Below, one piece after another: positions 36,224 to 49,292 of a stretch of 64,000 nt of DNA. The DNA comes from Ramazzottius varieornatus (Eukaryota > Animalia > Tardigrada): NCBI GenBank assembly GCA_001949185.1, contig BDGG01000002.1:62001-126000 (forward strand), read 5' to 3'. Position numbers and translations under genes: made by a program. How positions within the stretch are numbered: the stretch's first letter is position 1; each line of letters starts with the position of its first letter. Below the pieces are notes generated by a model. It was not told the origin of the DNA, searched no databases, and saw nothing but the letters and a program-made list of their open reading frames with translations.

Positions 36224-37789
36224 ATGGCGATGGGAGAAGACAACGGGGCCATCAAAAGGGATGTTTCATTGCTGCAGAGGTACAAAGGCAGCTTTTCAGC
36301 AACGCTGATCGGCAACTGGGTTGGAGTCATCTTCGAAAGGCCGGGGAATTACATGAAGTCGGTAGATCCAGCGCGGATAGAAGATGCCATCCACAAACAA
36401 ATCTCTGATCCATGTAAGTCAGACTTTATCTGACCAAGAAGACTCTTGAGTTATTTCCCTCGTAGCGAGAGCGCCGTTGCCTTACTCGGACGATTCAGCG
36501 ATGGCGCACGCGTTGATCGACTCGCTGCTTCGCTGTGATGAGTTCAATCCGACGGACGTGGCTATCCAGTGAATATTGCAAGTTGTGAATCCTTTCTATA
36601 GCATAATTAACCTACTGACGGTATTGTTCTTGTCAGGTTCACCAACAAGTTTACGAGGGAAGTGAGCAAGCAGAAGATGTACGCCAACGTCAAGCTCGTT
36701 TTCAAAACCTGGCAGAAGACGAATTTCAAGAGCGATACTTTCCTGGCGGCAAAGAAGCAGTTCGAAGGTGGTGGATCCCTGGGGAATGGTGGAGGAATGA
36801 GGATCGTTGGTGTGCCTTTGTTTCATGGACGTGACCTTGACGCCATGATCGATGTAAGTTTCCGTCCCTCGTTAGTGGAAAGCTTAGGTCATTGGTGAAA
36901 CATGACGTCACTGTGATGGATTGTTGGCATTGTCTTGGACAGCTGCTTGCGTTGTTTAGTATGACGTCATGTGTACGTCGAACTCAACGAACTGGGTATA
37001 TTGTATTTCGATAATTTCAGACTGCCAAACGGAGCACCTAGTTAACCCACACCCACCCCATCGGATACAACGGGGCCATCCTCCAAGCATATGCCGCTCA
37101 TCTCGCCTTATTCTCCAGCCTTCTCGACGTTCTGGATTTCGTGGATGAACTCCTGACGTTTTGCGAGACGAAGCTGGAAGTGGAGTAAGTTTTTCTCGTC
37201 CATTAATTTTCGATCTATTCCTGCCTGAAACGTATGAGGTCATCTGGTGCTCGAAATACTGATGTTATTAACTTAGATGTGCTTTCAGGGCGGAAGAAAA
37301 GACGTACAGGCCCAATATGCTGACCGTGCAGAGCTTCCTGCGATCGCAGCAAGAAGTTCCGGGTGAAGAAGTGGTTGCAGAACTGGAGCATTCCGTCAAG
37401 GCCCATGAGTCCATTCCGACAGCCATCTACTGCACCTTACGCGCAACTCAGCTCATCTCCAACATTCAGATTAGTTCAGGCTCATCGGTATGATGTCCTG
37501 GCAGAAGAAATGTCCAGTGCAGCGAGCCATCATCTACGCCGTCTCGCTAGGAGGCGACACCGACACGATCGCAGCGATGGCCGGCGCCATATCGGGAGCT
37601 TTCTTCGGCATCAAATCCGTTCCGGACGAATGGCAAAAGATGTGCTAGGCTTGGGAGGAGACGAGGGAGAGAGCCACAGCACTCTATGCTCGCCAAGAGC
37701 AAACAAACCGGTAAATGATGTCATCTTGGTTGAATTTATCAAATCATAGGCTAATACTTCATCGTACCCTTTTCTGTCTAGCCAACTAG
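36224..37789 (+). pseudogene. ADPRHL2: ADP-ribosylhydrolase ARH3 (ADPRS/ADPRHL2)-like, disrupted
   Basis: RYKGSF..LIGNWVG..FE, YSDDSAMA, GSLGNGGGMR, GYNGAILQA, ESIPTAIY, LGGDTDTIAAMAGAISGA; in-frame TAG at 37039 and 37646, frameshift near 37060, no GT donor after exon ending ~37468. Confidence 0.85.
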
Positions 37790-38384
37790 TCCCAAAAGAC
37801 TTGTTGGTTCTACCTAATTAACTTCTTCTTCTAACGTGTCTCGGTTACTCGTAAGAGATAGACTAGCTCGAATCTTGGGTAGGGTAGACTGGTTCGCAAT
37901 TTTTGGAGCTGCCGAAAAAGGGCGAAAGCCTGACTGTGAATTTAAACTTGACGGCTTCTGCAGTGGAGTTCAAAGGTACAGCCGGTAACTCATTAAGGCG
38001 TAAGGTACAAAGTTCTTCGGAGGAAATGCTGTTATGAGGCGAATGGTGCCAGGGTGGAAAAACTGTAAAGACTGGTTATCAGTTGTAGAGCACAGCCTGG
38101 AGACTTTTTGAGAAGCTGTCGGGCCGGAAATGCGCTTACTTGACACTAGCTGGCTCTCTTTGTTACTATCGAACAATAACATAGTCACAGCCGTCTGAGT
38201 CGAGGCATTTTTTTCTCCAATGTAGATCGTGATGCTATTTCATAACGTCGTTTTTAACGGCCAAATAGGGGTTATCACTCGCTGGCGGCCAACTGACGCG
38301 AAATAATGGCCGTTGATTCCATCCTGGAACTGTGCCATTGTATCTTGGATGTGTCGGCCAGTTAGTTGTAAAGTCTGAGCGGAA

Positions 38385-41318
38385 ATGACGTCCAATGTCG
38401 AGGAGACGACAGAGAAAAGTGCGGCCTTGCCTTTGCTCAGCGCAAAGGGTGAAGCTGGCGATTCGGACTGGATCGTCTGTGCCGAAGATGGCGATGTGAC
38501 GTACGTGGGCGACACTTGCTGGACAGACGAGCTGACATGGAGGGATGCCAAGCAGGTCCTGGCCCGATCGTGCTCATGGCATGCATGGAAGCAGCGCTTC
38601 CCTATCCTCTTGTGGCTACCCAACTATTCCTGGTCCAACCTCAAGGCTGACGTCATTGCCGGTATCACCGTTGGGATAACAACAATTCCCCAAGCTTTGG
38701 CCTATGCTCAGATTGCCGGTCTACCTTTAGAGGCAAGTCGCAACGCAAGTTGTCAAGATTACCGATGTGTAGTCTAGGTCTAGACTTGGTTGCAGTATGG
38801 ACTGTATTCTTCTTTCATGGGATGCTTCGTCTACTCCATACTGGGGACCTCCAAGGACATTCAAACCGGCGTGGTCGCTGTCGTTTCCCTCTTGACTTCA
38901 GCGGCCATCCCCAAAGATGTAGACATGTACGAAAGGACCAAGTATGCCGTACTGCTGGCCTTTCTTACGGGACTTGTCCAAATGGCCATGGGGCTGCTGC
39001 ATTTAGGTCAGTTGCCTCTCCATCCACTCACCTAACCAGCCTCATGATTACGAGGTACAACCCAAGATATAATTCTGCCGTACTACACGTTTTTGGGACG
39101 TAAATCTGACGGCCTAAAAAGTTTGAACATGATGATCGTCAACGCTTTGGTATACATTACCCATCGTAGGCCTGGTTGATACAGATTTTAGGCTTGTTAA
39201 CCTTCGACAGATCCCTCTACCTCCCAACAGCACTTTCTTCCATCCTAAACTTCTCCCCATCCTCAGACCTATGCACAGCAGTGGGAAATAAATTTGTCTA
39301 CCAGGGGAACAAAAACCCGCAAGTGAGGTGGTGCATTGAGCTGTGAAATATAACGCCGTCATACTGTAATAGCGTCTCAGAAACGGGTACGGCACAATTA
39401 TGTCCTCTACTTCCAACTTGGTATTTGGCCATTCGCCTCCCTCTTTTTAATATGGATATAACCTATTGGTTGTCGATGCAGGTTTCTTGTTCAACTTTGT
39501 TTCGCATCCAGTGTTGAGTGGCTTCACAACGGCAGCTGGCTTCGTCATCATGTTTAGCCAAATCAAAAACATCATGGGCATCAAAGGTGCAGCCGCCACC
39601 GATACTGTCATACAGCAAGGCACAAACTACGTCCAGAATATTGGAAACATACGGTACACTGTCGTTAATTGCAGCATGGAAAGACTTTTGTCCAGCCACC
39701 TTTTTGCCGACTACATCTGTGTGTTTGCAGTGGCTGGGATGTATTAATGGGGATGGTCTGTCTCAGCGCTTTACTTCTCCTTAAGCAAGCCAAAGTTCCT
39801 TCCAAAGGCCAGCCATTCCTTCGAGAAACCATCAGAGTTTTACTACTCGGTAAAAGCATGGCGCTTCCATCCTATCTACATTAAGCTATAAAAGACATGA
39901 ACGTGTCAAGTGCATCGTTATAAATTGTAGCGCGATACGGTGTGGTGGTGGTCTTTGCCACCTTGATCGGCTTCCTTCTGGACTTACACCAGATACCGGC
40001 CCTGGCACTAACCGCCGATGTCGACACTAAACTGCCAGCCTTGGCCGTTCCCGTCTTGGAATGGCGGAACAAGACACTGGCCGACAATGTCTTGACGGTC
40101 CTTCCGGCTGTGCCTTTCATCGTTCTGGTCAGCTCTATCGAGACCATCGCGATAGCCAAAGCCTTCAGCAGCCGCTTCCAGTATACCATTGACCCTTCGC
40201 AAGAACTGATGGCGCTGGGGGCGGCCAACTTCATCTCCTCTTTCGTCTCGGCCTACCCTATTGCAGGTATATATGAGGTAAACAGTCCATCCCAAGCACC
40301 GCTAAAGTTAACGATGGGGTTTGCAGGTAGTTTCACCAGGTCCAGCGTCAATGCCCAAAGTGGGGTGAAGACGCCGTTGGGATCGGCCGTCACCGGTCTT
40401 TTTGTGGTCTTGGCCCAAGCCACCATCTCCCCAGCCTTCCGCTTCGTCCCCAAAGCAGCCTTAGGCGCCGTCATCGTCGTGGCCGTCCTGATCTTGTTGG
40501 ACTTTAAGATCTTCAAGGAACTGTGGGCCACGCGCAAGGCCGAGCTGGTGCCGCTGGCCGGTACCATCTTGTCCAGCCTTTTCCTCGGCCTTGATACCGG
40601 CTTCCTGATTGGCATCGTCCTGTCACTAGCTCTCCTCTTACTGTCCACTACTAGACCAAAACTGAGGATCGAAAGACAGCAACAGTTGCTGCTATCGAAG
40701 AGCAAGCCCAGCCAAGCCAAGCGAGTCATCGAGACACGGCTCCAGCCGGACGGTGACATTTTCTTTCCCGCCACCGAAGCCTTCAAACACTTCCTGGACA
40801 CCAAGTTGTTCCGCCACAAGGCACTGACAGCCATGAACGGTGGCGTGGGTGAGAAGGTGCTCAAGTACCGGACAACGTCCCTTGGAGGGACCGTAGCACA
40901 GGGGCAGCTGCCCTTGTCGGCCGTCAGGGACGCTGTGGCGCCGGAAGTGACGCAGCATATCAGGTCGATGCAGACAGAGGAGGTGCTGATCCTACAGGGA
41001 AGTGACCTGGACAAGCTGGACTTTACCTCCTTGACGACCTTACACTTTGTCATTGAGCAGTACCAGAACATGGGACACGCCCTCCGCTTCCAGGATGCCT
41101 CGGTGCCTTGTCTCAGGCAGATCGTACCCAAGAGACTTCGCTATTTGATACCGCAATATGCCGAGCGCTGCACCATCACCATCAAGCCGCCAACCTGGAA
41201 GCAACATCGAGCCTCCCTGTCCATCCCCAAAGACTTTGATGTGGAGGAAGGGGAGAGTACGGCAGCTAGAAGGCGGAGTGTCATTGTCCAGCTGGAAGCC
41301 CGCCAGGCAGAAAGTTGA
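38385..41318 (+). CDS. SLC26A11: SLC26A11-like sodium-independent sulfate/anion transporter with STAS domain
   Basis: RFPILLWLPNYS..DVIAGITVGITTIPQALAYAQIAGLP|YGLYSSF, FVSHPVLSGFTTAA, IAIAKAF..IDPSQELMALG, GSFTRSSVNAQSGVKTPLG, STAS-like LDFTSL; first intron GC-AG (38733-38795). Confidence 0.94.
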
Positions 41319-41949
41319 CCCGCAATTATTGATACAGACTTTTGCAGCCTCATTTAGAAAATCTGTCTGTTGACTTTATACAAGTTTGATTGCTCATGCC
41401 TGTCTCCAAGTATTAAAGTACATACGTGTGAGAGAGTTTATGCCGATCTGTCATTACGTAAGTTTGAAGGAGTTGCCTATATCGGTACTGGTACATATTT
41501 TAAGCTGTATAGTCCAAGTTGGAATATTTATCGGTCTGCCAATTGACTGAATCATGTACCTTCAATACCTTTGCTTCTTTGTGAATGTGTGTGGAGATCT
41601 CCGAGTGAAATGACTGTGAAGCAAGTATTGACTTTAGTACTCTCGCTGCGCAGTCTGTCAGCAGTGCAAGTTGAGCGCAAAGATCACTAATGTTAGTACG
41701 TACGTGGCAATCATTGAAGAGTGCCGCTGGGCGGCGCCGTTGGCCTTGCTCTTGTTCGAAAGTACGGTATGCCAATACGATGGAACAGCTGATGGGTCAG
41801 TCACTCAAATCAGACTACCAGGTTTCTGGACACACTATCAATATTTAGCCTGCACTTGGGATATTTTGTCTCTTTCTTTTGATGCGCAAGGTTTCTGTAA
41901 AGATTTCAAGGAAGGTCTTCCGCATGTAATAAAGATTGTCACAGGCAAG

Positions 41950-42666
41950 ATGTCAGCGCAGCCGGGAATTATTCTGACGGAAAAGAAGATGGGCTTCATG
42001 CTGCAGACAGCTGACGAGTGCATCGAGGACTTGGTTGCCCACGTCCAGCGTTCCCCCAAGCCCTTCCATGTGGCCGATCTGGGAGTAGCATTTGGTTATA
42101 CGTCAAAAGTCCTGCTGAAGGCTGGAGCCACTGTTATGGCGAGCGACTTGGCCGAAAGCCACTTGATGGCTCTGTACAGTTCTGTCAGCTAAGACGACCG
42201 GAAAAGTTTGACGTTACTTGCCGGTAATGCCCTCCATCTCGAAATCGCCGATGCATCTCTGGACGGCATATTGGCTTGTCGCTGGATCCAGCTCCTGTCT
42301 GGAGATGAAGTGCGGAAGGTCCTGCTGAAGTTGTACGGATGGCTGAAGCCTGGTGGGCGGCTGTGCTTGACCACTGTCACCATCTACATACACAGGAAGG
42401 CCATGGACAGGTATGTCGAGAGAAACGAAGCTGGCGAAGAATGGCCGGGTTATGTGCAGCAGAAGGATCTCTTGTGGGAACGACGGGCGCATTTACCGCA
42501 GCACTATATGGTGTACGATACGGATGTGCTGGAGAGAGAGGTGAAACGCGCCGGCTTCCTTGTGGAAAAGATGGGCTACATCAACCGACCGGACTACCCC
42601 CAAGATGCCAGAAACGGCGGACGCGAAGGCCTGGCTGTGCTGACCATCAAACCCTCAAACAGCTAA
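41950..42666 (+). pseudogene. Intronless class I SAM-dependent methyltransferase with one in-frame TAA (42190-42192)
   Basis: KMGFML..VADLGVAFGYTS..VMASDLAESHL..S*DDRKSLTLLAGN..SLDGILACRWIQ..WLKPGGRLCL; both halves in the same frame. Confidence 0.85.
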
Positions 42667-42706
42667 CCTCTTTTGCCTATTTTTGTACACTTTCCACCTA
42701 TAACGG

Positions 42707-42911
42707 TACACGCAAGACGAGAACATTATGGTACAGTAAAAATTATGGGACAGGCGGAAAGGACGGCCAGATGGAAATTTGACCGTAAAAAAGTGTCGAA
42801 AAATGTATTACTGTACTATGAATCGATCGCGTACGGACGTGTTTCCGTATCACCGTAGCGAAGATACCTTCCCATCATTTTTACTGGCCCTAATTTCTCG
42901 TCCTGCGTGTA
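42707..42911. mobile_element. Short MITE, TA-flanked
   Basis: TIR tacacgcaagacgagaacatta / taatttctcgtcctgcgtgta; related copy at 44115-44278 in opposite orientation. Confidence 0.8.
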
Positions 42912-43044
42912 CAGTATTAGGCAATTGGCCGTCTGTTATCTAGCCTTCGGTCTTATGACTCCTTGGCCGTTTTTATCTGCTACCTTGCCGTTATGGATCC
43001 TCAGGCAATGAGTTGAGCAATACAGAAGCCGGGCATTTCTGAGT

Positions 43045-43140
43045 ATACAGTAATACCTTAAGTAATACCTTATCTTAACTTACAGTAATACAGTAATACC
43101 ATAAATACAGTGATACAGTAATACCTTATCTTAAGTTCTT
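43045..43140. repeat. Short tandem repeat cluster (tacagtaatacc)
   Basis: tacagtaata(cc) repeated several times. Confidence 0.6.
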
Positions 43141-43274
43141 AACTTAAAATATTTAATTAGACTGGCTCCGGGGTACTAGGATGAAAACATGTAACCATTG
43201 CCCATTGAGCCTAGTTTTTTCATACCATTGTTTGACTACTGGGTGAGATGGAGGCTTCTGAGACAGCCATCGAC

Positions 43275-43810
43275 ATGTCAAGTCTACGGGTGACGGATAA
43301 CAAGATGGGTTTCATGATCCAGTCCACGGACGAGTATTAATTGCCAGGAGTTGTACAATTTTGTCCGAAGATCGCGCAAGCTGCCCATACCGATTGCCGA
43401 CCTGGGCGTCGCCTACGCTTTCACCAGCCGGTAGCTGCTGAAAGCCGGAGCCAATGTCGTGGCTATTTAACGACCTGTCTGCAAGCCACTTGGACGTCAC
43501 AGCGCTTTGAAACCTGGAAGAGGCTGTTGCATTACGAGGAAGTCTGTCCCCCACGGCATTTTCAAGGCGGTATATTTGAACGGTATCAGCAGATGGAGAA
43601 GAAGGGGGAGAGGTTCCCGCGGGCTACTGCCTCCTGTCGCAACTCGACACCCTTATTCAAGATCAGCGCGACCAAGCTCATGTTCTACAGTGTCCAGGTC
43701 ATGGAAAAGGCAGTTAGTCCCAGCAGGCTTCAATTGTCAAGTTAGGATACTTTGATCGCAGGAGCGTACATCCGAAAAACGGTTGCCTTGATGGACGAGA
43801 AGGTGTCTTA
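43275..43810 (+). pseudogene. Degraded tandem paralogue of the upstream methyltransferase
   Basis: MSSLRVTDNKMGFMIQSTDEY*, IADLGVAYAFTSR*LLKAGANV, C-terminal DGREG; multiple stops, frameshifts and deletion. Confidence 0.85.
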
Positions 43811-44114
43811 GTGGAAAGGTAACCAAGTACGTAGCTGTAACCGCCTTCCCAAGACTTCAGTCGTAACCTAACTGAGTTCAGTAATTGATAATTGTGGACT
43901 GCCGTCCACTTACCGCTATATCGAAAAACTGGCCATTTTTACTGGCCTAATAAAAGTGGCTCTTTGGTTTTCCCAGCAGTCACATTCTAGCCTACGGCTT
44001 CCGACTTTGAACGGTTCCTCCGCCGATATCTCAGTTTGCAGGTGCACATGGGTACTTTGCTGCAAGAAGCCAGCTGACCTCTCTTCCTACCGCATTTCTC
44101 AAAATCAGCTGCAG

Positions 44115-44278
44115 TACACGCACGATGGGAAATGATGGGACAGGCCTTTTCGCTACGGCGGTACGGTAGCACGTCCTGATCCACATCAATGCACTTTTCG
44201 GCCCTTTTCTACGGCCGAATTTCCAATTTAGCCATCCTTTCCGCCTGTACTGTCCCATAATTTCCCATCGTGCGTGTA
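44115..44278. mobile_element. Short MITE, same family as 42707-42911
   Basis: TIR tacacgcacgatgggaaatgatgggacag / ctgtcccataatttcccatcgtgcgtgta. Confidence 0.85.
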
Positions 44279-44597
44279 CCAAATCCGGACCTTCAAATCC
44301 GCCAGAAATGAGGGCAAAATGCAGCACTTGTCGATGGTAATCTCCGGCCAGTAGATTTAGCTTGGCAGCGAAGCCAGCCATGGCTATATAGTATGACTGA
44401 CCACTGTAACGTCATTCCAATGCTTGGCTCAGAAGTGGCTAGCCAGCTGGAAGATCGATTACTGTAGTGAGCAGCAGTTGACGGCCTCCTTACTACGAGC
44501 TGGACTTTTTTTGGGGTAAAGGCAATTTATTGGTCGAAAGATTGCCAGGATCATTTACGGTGTTTCCATTAGCGAGTGGGCCCGCCTGAGACCTTCA

Positions 44598-45402
44598 ATG
44601 ATGAAGGACGAGGTCTTTCCGCAATCACCGTCCTCTCTGATGTCGGACGACGTCTTTGAGGCCATCTCTCCAGCCAGCCAGCTCCAGGCCAACCAGCAAG
44701 TGTACATCTCTTCCAAGCCACTGGACAAGCCTCGCAACAAAAAGAAGAAGTGCAACGAGCGCGAACGCTATCGACATCGGACCGTCAACGACGCATTCGT
44801 AAGTCAGCCACCGCTATCGTCTTTCACCCTCTGTTCATCAAATTGAATGAAAACCACTATAAAGGTTTGTCATATTATTACAACGCACACCTCTACCTCA
44901 TTTTCTCCTCAATGAGGAATATGATAGCCAATATGAGGAGACTGAATGCGCGTTATTTTTTCGGTGAATGGGCGCGCAAAAGCTAATATAATTTCTCTTC
45001 CAGAAAGCACTGAGCAACTTCTTGCCGGTTTATCCTGCCAGCAAGAAGCTGAAAAAGAAAGAAATTCTCATGCAGTCCATCAAATATATCAACATTCTGA
45101 AGACGGTCCTGCGAAACCTGGAGGAGATTCCTGCGAAAGCTGCTAGACGACAGTCATGGGCGGATGACCTGAGGCAACCTGAGGAAGATTTCTCCATCGA
45201 GAGCGATAGTCATCCCATTACACTGGTGTCCGACCACGTCCCTTGCCGCTCCAGTTCCTGGAGTTGCGAGCAGACATCGACTTGGACGTCGAGCATGGAG
45301 GGCAGCTCAGATGACGTCCTTCAATCAGCTGTGACGCAAGCGGGAGACGGGCTGGACGACTGGCTGGCTGACATGCTGGAAGCTGGTTACTGCTACGTGT
45401 GA
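44598..45402 (+). CDS. Group A bHLH transcription factor; exons 44598-44798, 45004-45402
   Basis: KKKCNERERYRHRTVNDAF|KALSNFLPVYPASKKLKKKEILMQSIKYINILKTVL. Confidence 0.9.
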
Positions 45403-46511
45403 CCAGACCGAAGAAGATACAAATAAAAGAAGAGCAATCTCTCGTGTCAATCTTGATGTCCACTCCTGTTAGGCTTTATCGGTAACGAGGACTACACGCG
45501 CCCATCAGCCATAATCTGGATAAAGCCGTGTCGGGTGACGCCCTAAAGTGCTCCTTCAAGTTTGCCTTGTAACCGATATGCCTTTGTGGCCTTTTGTGGA
45601 TAGTCGAGACTCGTGCCTTTTCTAAACGATAATGTGTCCTAATGTTTCCATATTTGCTAACAAACAGCCAGACCTGTCAACAATGCTGACAGCAAGATGA
45701 TTTATGTGCCAATTAGCCCAGCTGATGTTGTACGGCATCTACAGCAGTCCACAGCCGAAAATACAATTGTACAATTGCATTGGTTATTTGGACTAGTGGT
45801 ACATAAATCGACTGGAGAAGGTTTGAAAAGAAGTACATTTATGGGGTCCTTGTGCTCAACAACCACCACTATACAGACTGCAAGTAAGCTCTGCCGGCTC
45901 CATACGCATGGTAATAATAATGCATACTTAATTAACCCCTACGTACGCTTTACTCATCGACCAATATTCACAGTTCCAGAAGGGGGTATTGCCCATGTTA
46001 AAATTGACGAGCTTCCAATACTCACTTTACGGCGGTCGAAGTGAAGGACGAAATTGAGTTGCTTTCCAAATTCGGCAACCCATGGTTGAAGGGCCATAAA
46101 CCTGACGTCATCCAAGAAACTAGGCCTTCAGTTCAAAGCAAACAGGAAACAAAATAGCGTCGTTATGCAGAGGCGGGAAGTTCGTATGACAATACAAAAG
46201 CCACCACTCTACTCAACTGTGAACCCAGCAGCAGAGCATCTCCCGATATACAGTAGGTCAAAGCTTTTTAATTGACCAGAGCCGCGTAATTGACGTTGCG
46301 GGACAGCACATGATGAAAGCCAGATCTCATATATAAAACCAGAGGCGGTACTTTTTCTTTGACATATCGTTGTGCTTTATTTGGGTAGAGCTTGACAAGG
46401 TCTTGGCGGAGCCGTTTGACAGTTGAAATTACGTAATGTAAGGCCAAAGTCAGTTTCAAGTTGTTTCTTCTTCGTTGTGCTGAGCTGGACTGCTCTCGGA
46501 CGCCAGACACC

Positions 46512-47231
46512 ATGAAACATCTCTTTTACCTTTCGCTCCTTGTCTACTTTTGCGCCGTGGCACGCTTAAGCCACCAGACCAGCGCCGTCACCATCGATGA
46601 CAACGCCTTCTATCGTAAGTTGCTCTCAAGACCAAAACCTTTGGCGGAAGAAAGTTCTTTTGGCTGAAAACTTTCAAGTTACGAAAGATGATTTGCAGGC
46701 TTGCTAACGATGCGTTTCGGCCGCATGCCTAAAATGGTAATTCTCGGTCCTTATGTTCTTTCAGCCGGTGAAGGTGGGATGAATGAAGTGAAACGACCCA
46801 AGTTCTCCGAAGAAACCTCCTGGTACTTGGGCAAACGCGGCGGACCGGTGGTTATGACTGACCGGGGATACGGTAGTGGTCTTGGATGGTACGCGGGTAA
46901 GCGGGGCGGACCTGCGGACTTTGAGCGGACCTATGGTAGCGGATCGTACTTGGGCAAGCGCAGTCCGCATGCCGAAGACTCCTCCTGGTACTTGGGCAAA
47001 CGCAGCGCATACTGGGGACCTCGTCCGGTCCTGTCCTGGTTGGGATGGCAGACTAGTTCAGCTGACAAAGGCCAAGATGCAGGCGAGATGGTCCGACCAG
47101 GAAGAGCCACCAGCGTATTGCGTTTTGGCCGTTCTGTCCGCACCTCACTTGCCAAGATTCCCAAGTTGCCCTCACATGCTAACCTCGACGGCAACAGCCC
47201 TCATCGACACATGCGAAACCAAGTGTGGTGA
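46512..47231 (+). CDS. Neuropeptide precursor yielding WYLamide/SYLamide/WYAamide peptides plus RFamides; exons 46512-46614 and 46699 (or 46765)-47231
   Basis: Signal peptide MKHLFYLSLLVYFCAVA..; four G-KR-terminated peptides; LLTMRFG-R and ATSVLRFG-R. Confidence 0.9.
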
Positions 47232-49292
47232 GTTCGAAATTCCAAGGCCTGCCTAGCTTCATATTTCTCAACTGGACCATCTTCTGAGATTACACAACAT
47301 GCTTTGTTTCATTACAAAACTGCATATGCCGACAAGGTTAAACCGTACCACTCAACGAGCACCGGCTTTCGTTCCTGTTAGCCTCGCCGCAGTCACCGGC
47401 TAGACATATACCGCACCTGACCTCGGCACCTGAGCAACTTTTAATTTCGTTCAAACTGGGCAGCGGCAGCATGAAACTTTGGTTTCCTACAAACATCGTT
47501 GCAATTATGGCAAATGGATTGTCGCGACCCTGTTTTATCCCTTACTCTGAGAAGTTTTCTGCCTTTTCAGAACGAATGAGCATCCCTGCGCACCTGATAT
47601 TCGCTAATATATATCTTTCGCAATGGATGCTGGGAAATTTTGTTGATGTTTTAAACGGCGCCCTTAAATTTTTCCGCCGATTACCGATTATATGTTTAAT
47701 TTCGTGGTTTCAAGTGGCCCACTCTCCTTCCTTTTTTACATGATTATTTTTACTGGCGGTTGACATTGTAGTGCTGGAAAGGGGGTTGTTATTAACCGGA
47801 ATAAAACTCTCGCGCTTACGAACTTCCGATCTCGCCCTCGGGTTTACAGATATTTCACACAATGACTCTAAAATCTGGACCGTAATGTTCCCCTACTTGA
47901 CGGCTGGTATAAATATTAGCTGCGGAAGTATGACTTGTCCCCTTGGTCTCTCCCGAAGTTAGAGGTTTTTTCTGACGCAATATCTCAATCTCTTTGAACA
48001 ACTTATGCACTCACAGTAGCACGGAATTCTCGAGATTTTTTTGGGAGACACTTCGTTCCATTGCTGCAAAAGCCTGGGAAAAGAGAGACAATAATCTCCG
48101 TAACGCCACTTTTCAAACCCACTTCCGGGAAAATTTCTCTATCTCGCTGGAGAAGGTTCAACTTCAACGTCTTAAGCAGGTGATAATCTGTTAGCAGGAG
48201 GATCCTACTATAAGAAGCCTGAATGAGAAATTCCAGTTCCTATTCCTGCAGTTTTGCGGAATTGTTTTGTTCAGAGTGCACTCCGGAGCAGACGTGCAAC
48301 AGCAGTGAATCCAGACCGTGAATTAATTTCGTTTGTTCAGAGGGAAGGTTCCCATGAATAATGCCTGCTCCAAAGAGAAATAGAATAACGTTATCACACC
48401 GCTGGACGAAAGAGATTTATAGCGGTCAGGTGTGTGAGTTAGCCATCAAAATGTGATCATGGTTCTTTTTTCCAGTGCCGCTCACAGTTCGAAATTTTCT
48501 GTCGTGGTTTGTCTCCGGCCGAACATACCATTTATCGCTTGGAAATCTTCTATAGAGTGCCGGTGTTGTCAGGAATAGCAATGCGGTCTGCTGTCAGCTC
48601 GCTCTTTTTGCAACCCGGAAAGGGAAAAAAGGCAAAACTCCGCGTTATTTACGGGGTGCAGCGAATTAAGTGGGGTACCAAATTTTCTTGTTTTATCGCC
48701 CTCCTCGTCTTATCTAGAACTACTATGAAACTTTGTGGAGGCAGACTTTAGTCCTGTAAGAATTACACCATACTTCGGGAAAGATCGGGTGTGACATGAT
48801 CGGTCAACACGTTGTCGTCCACTTTCGATTTCAGTCTTCCATAAGGGTAACTTTTGAATGAAAAATTCCCAGAACGAAACCGATCAACCCGGTCCCCCAC
48901 AGTAAAACTGTTTGGTGTTTCATCATCAAGCACACATCTGATTCCGTCGGCGGTGCGAGATGCGTTCGTGCCTCGATAAAATTCAAACACCAGAATCCCC
49001 GAAATTTCATTCATGCATGACTCCGACGAAATAATTCCTCACGTACTCGAGAGCTGAGAAACCTGACTCAATAGAGTGTTCAACAAGGGGCGGGAGTTGG
49101 TAGACTGGCAGGAGAAAATGTTTAGAACGAAAGGATAAGGGGGAGCAGAACTATGAATTTTTGAAGTCAAGATGTTTTAAGGGGGACAAGTCATACTTCC
49201 GCACCTAATAAATATACAGGAAGCACACGTGAGGAAGCGGACGTCGGTTCAGCAACATGTACATTTGCACTGAACGGAAAAGGCAAAAATTC

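Noticed and set aside
40253-41131. 292-aa minus ORF
   Set aside because: Antisense shadow of the SLC26A11 last exon
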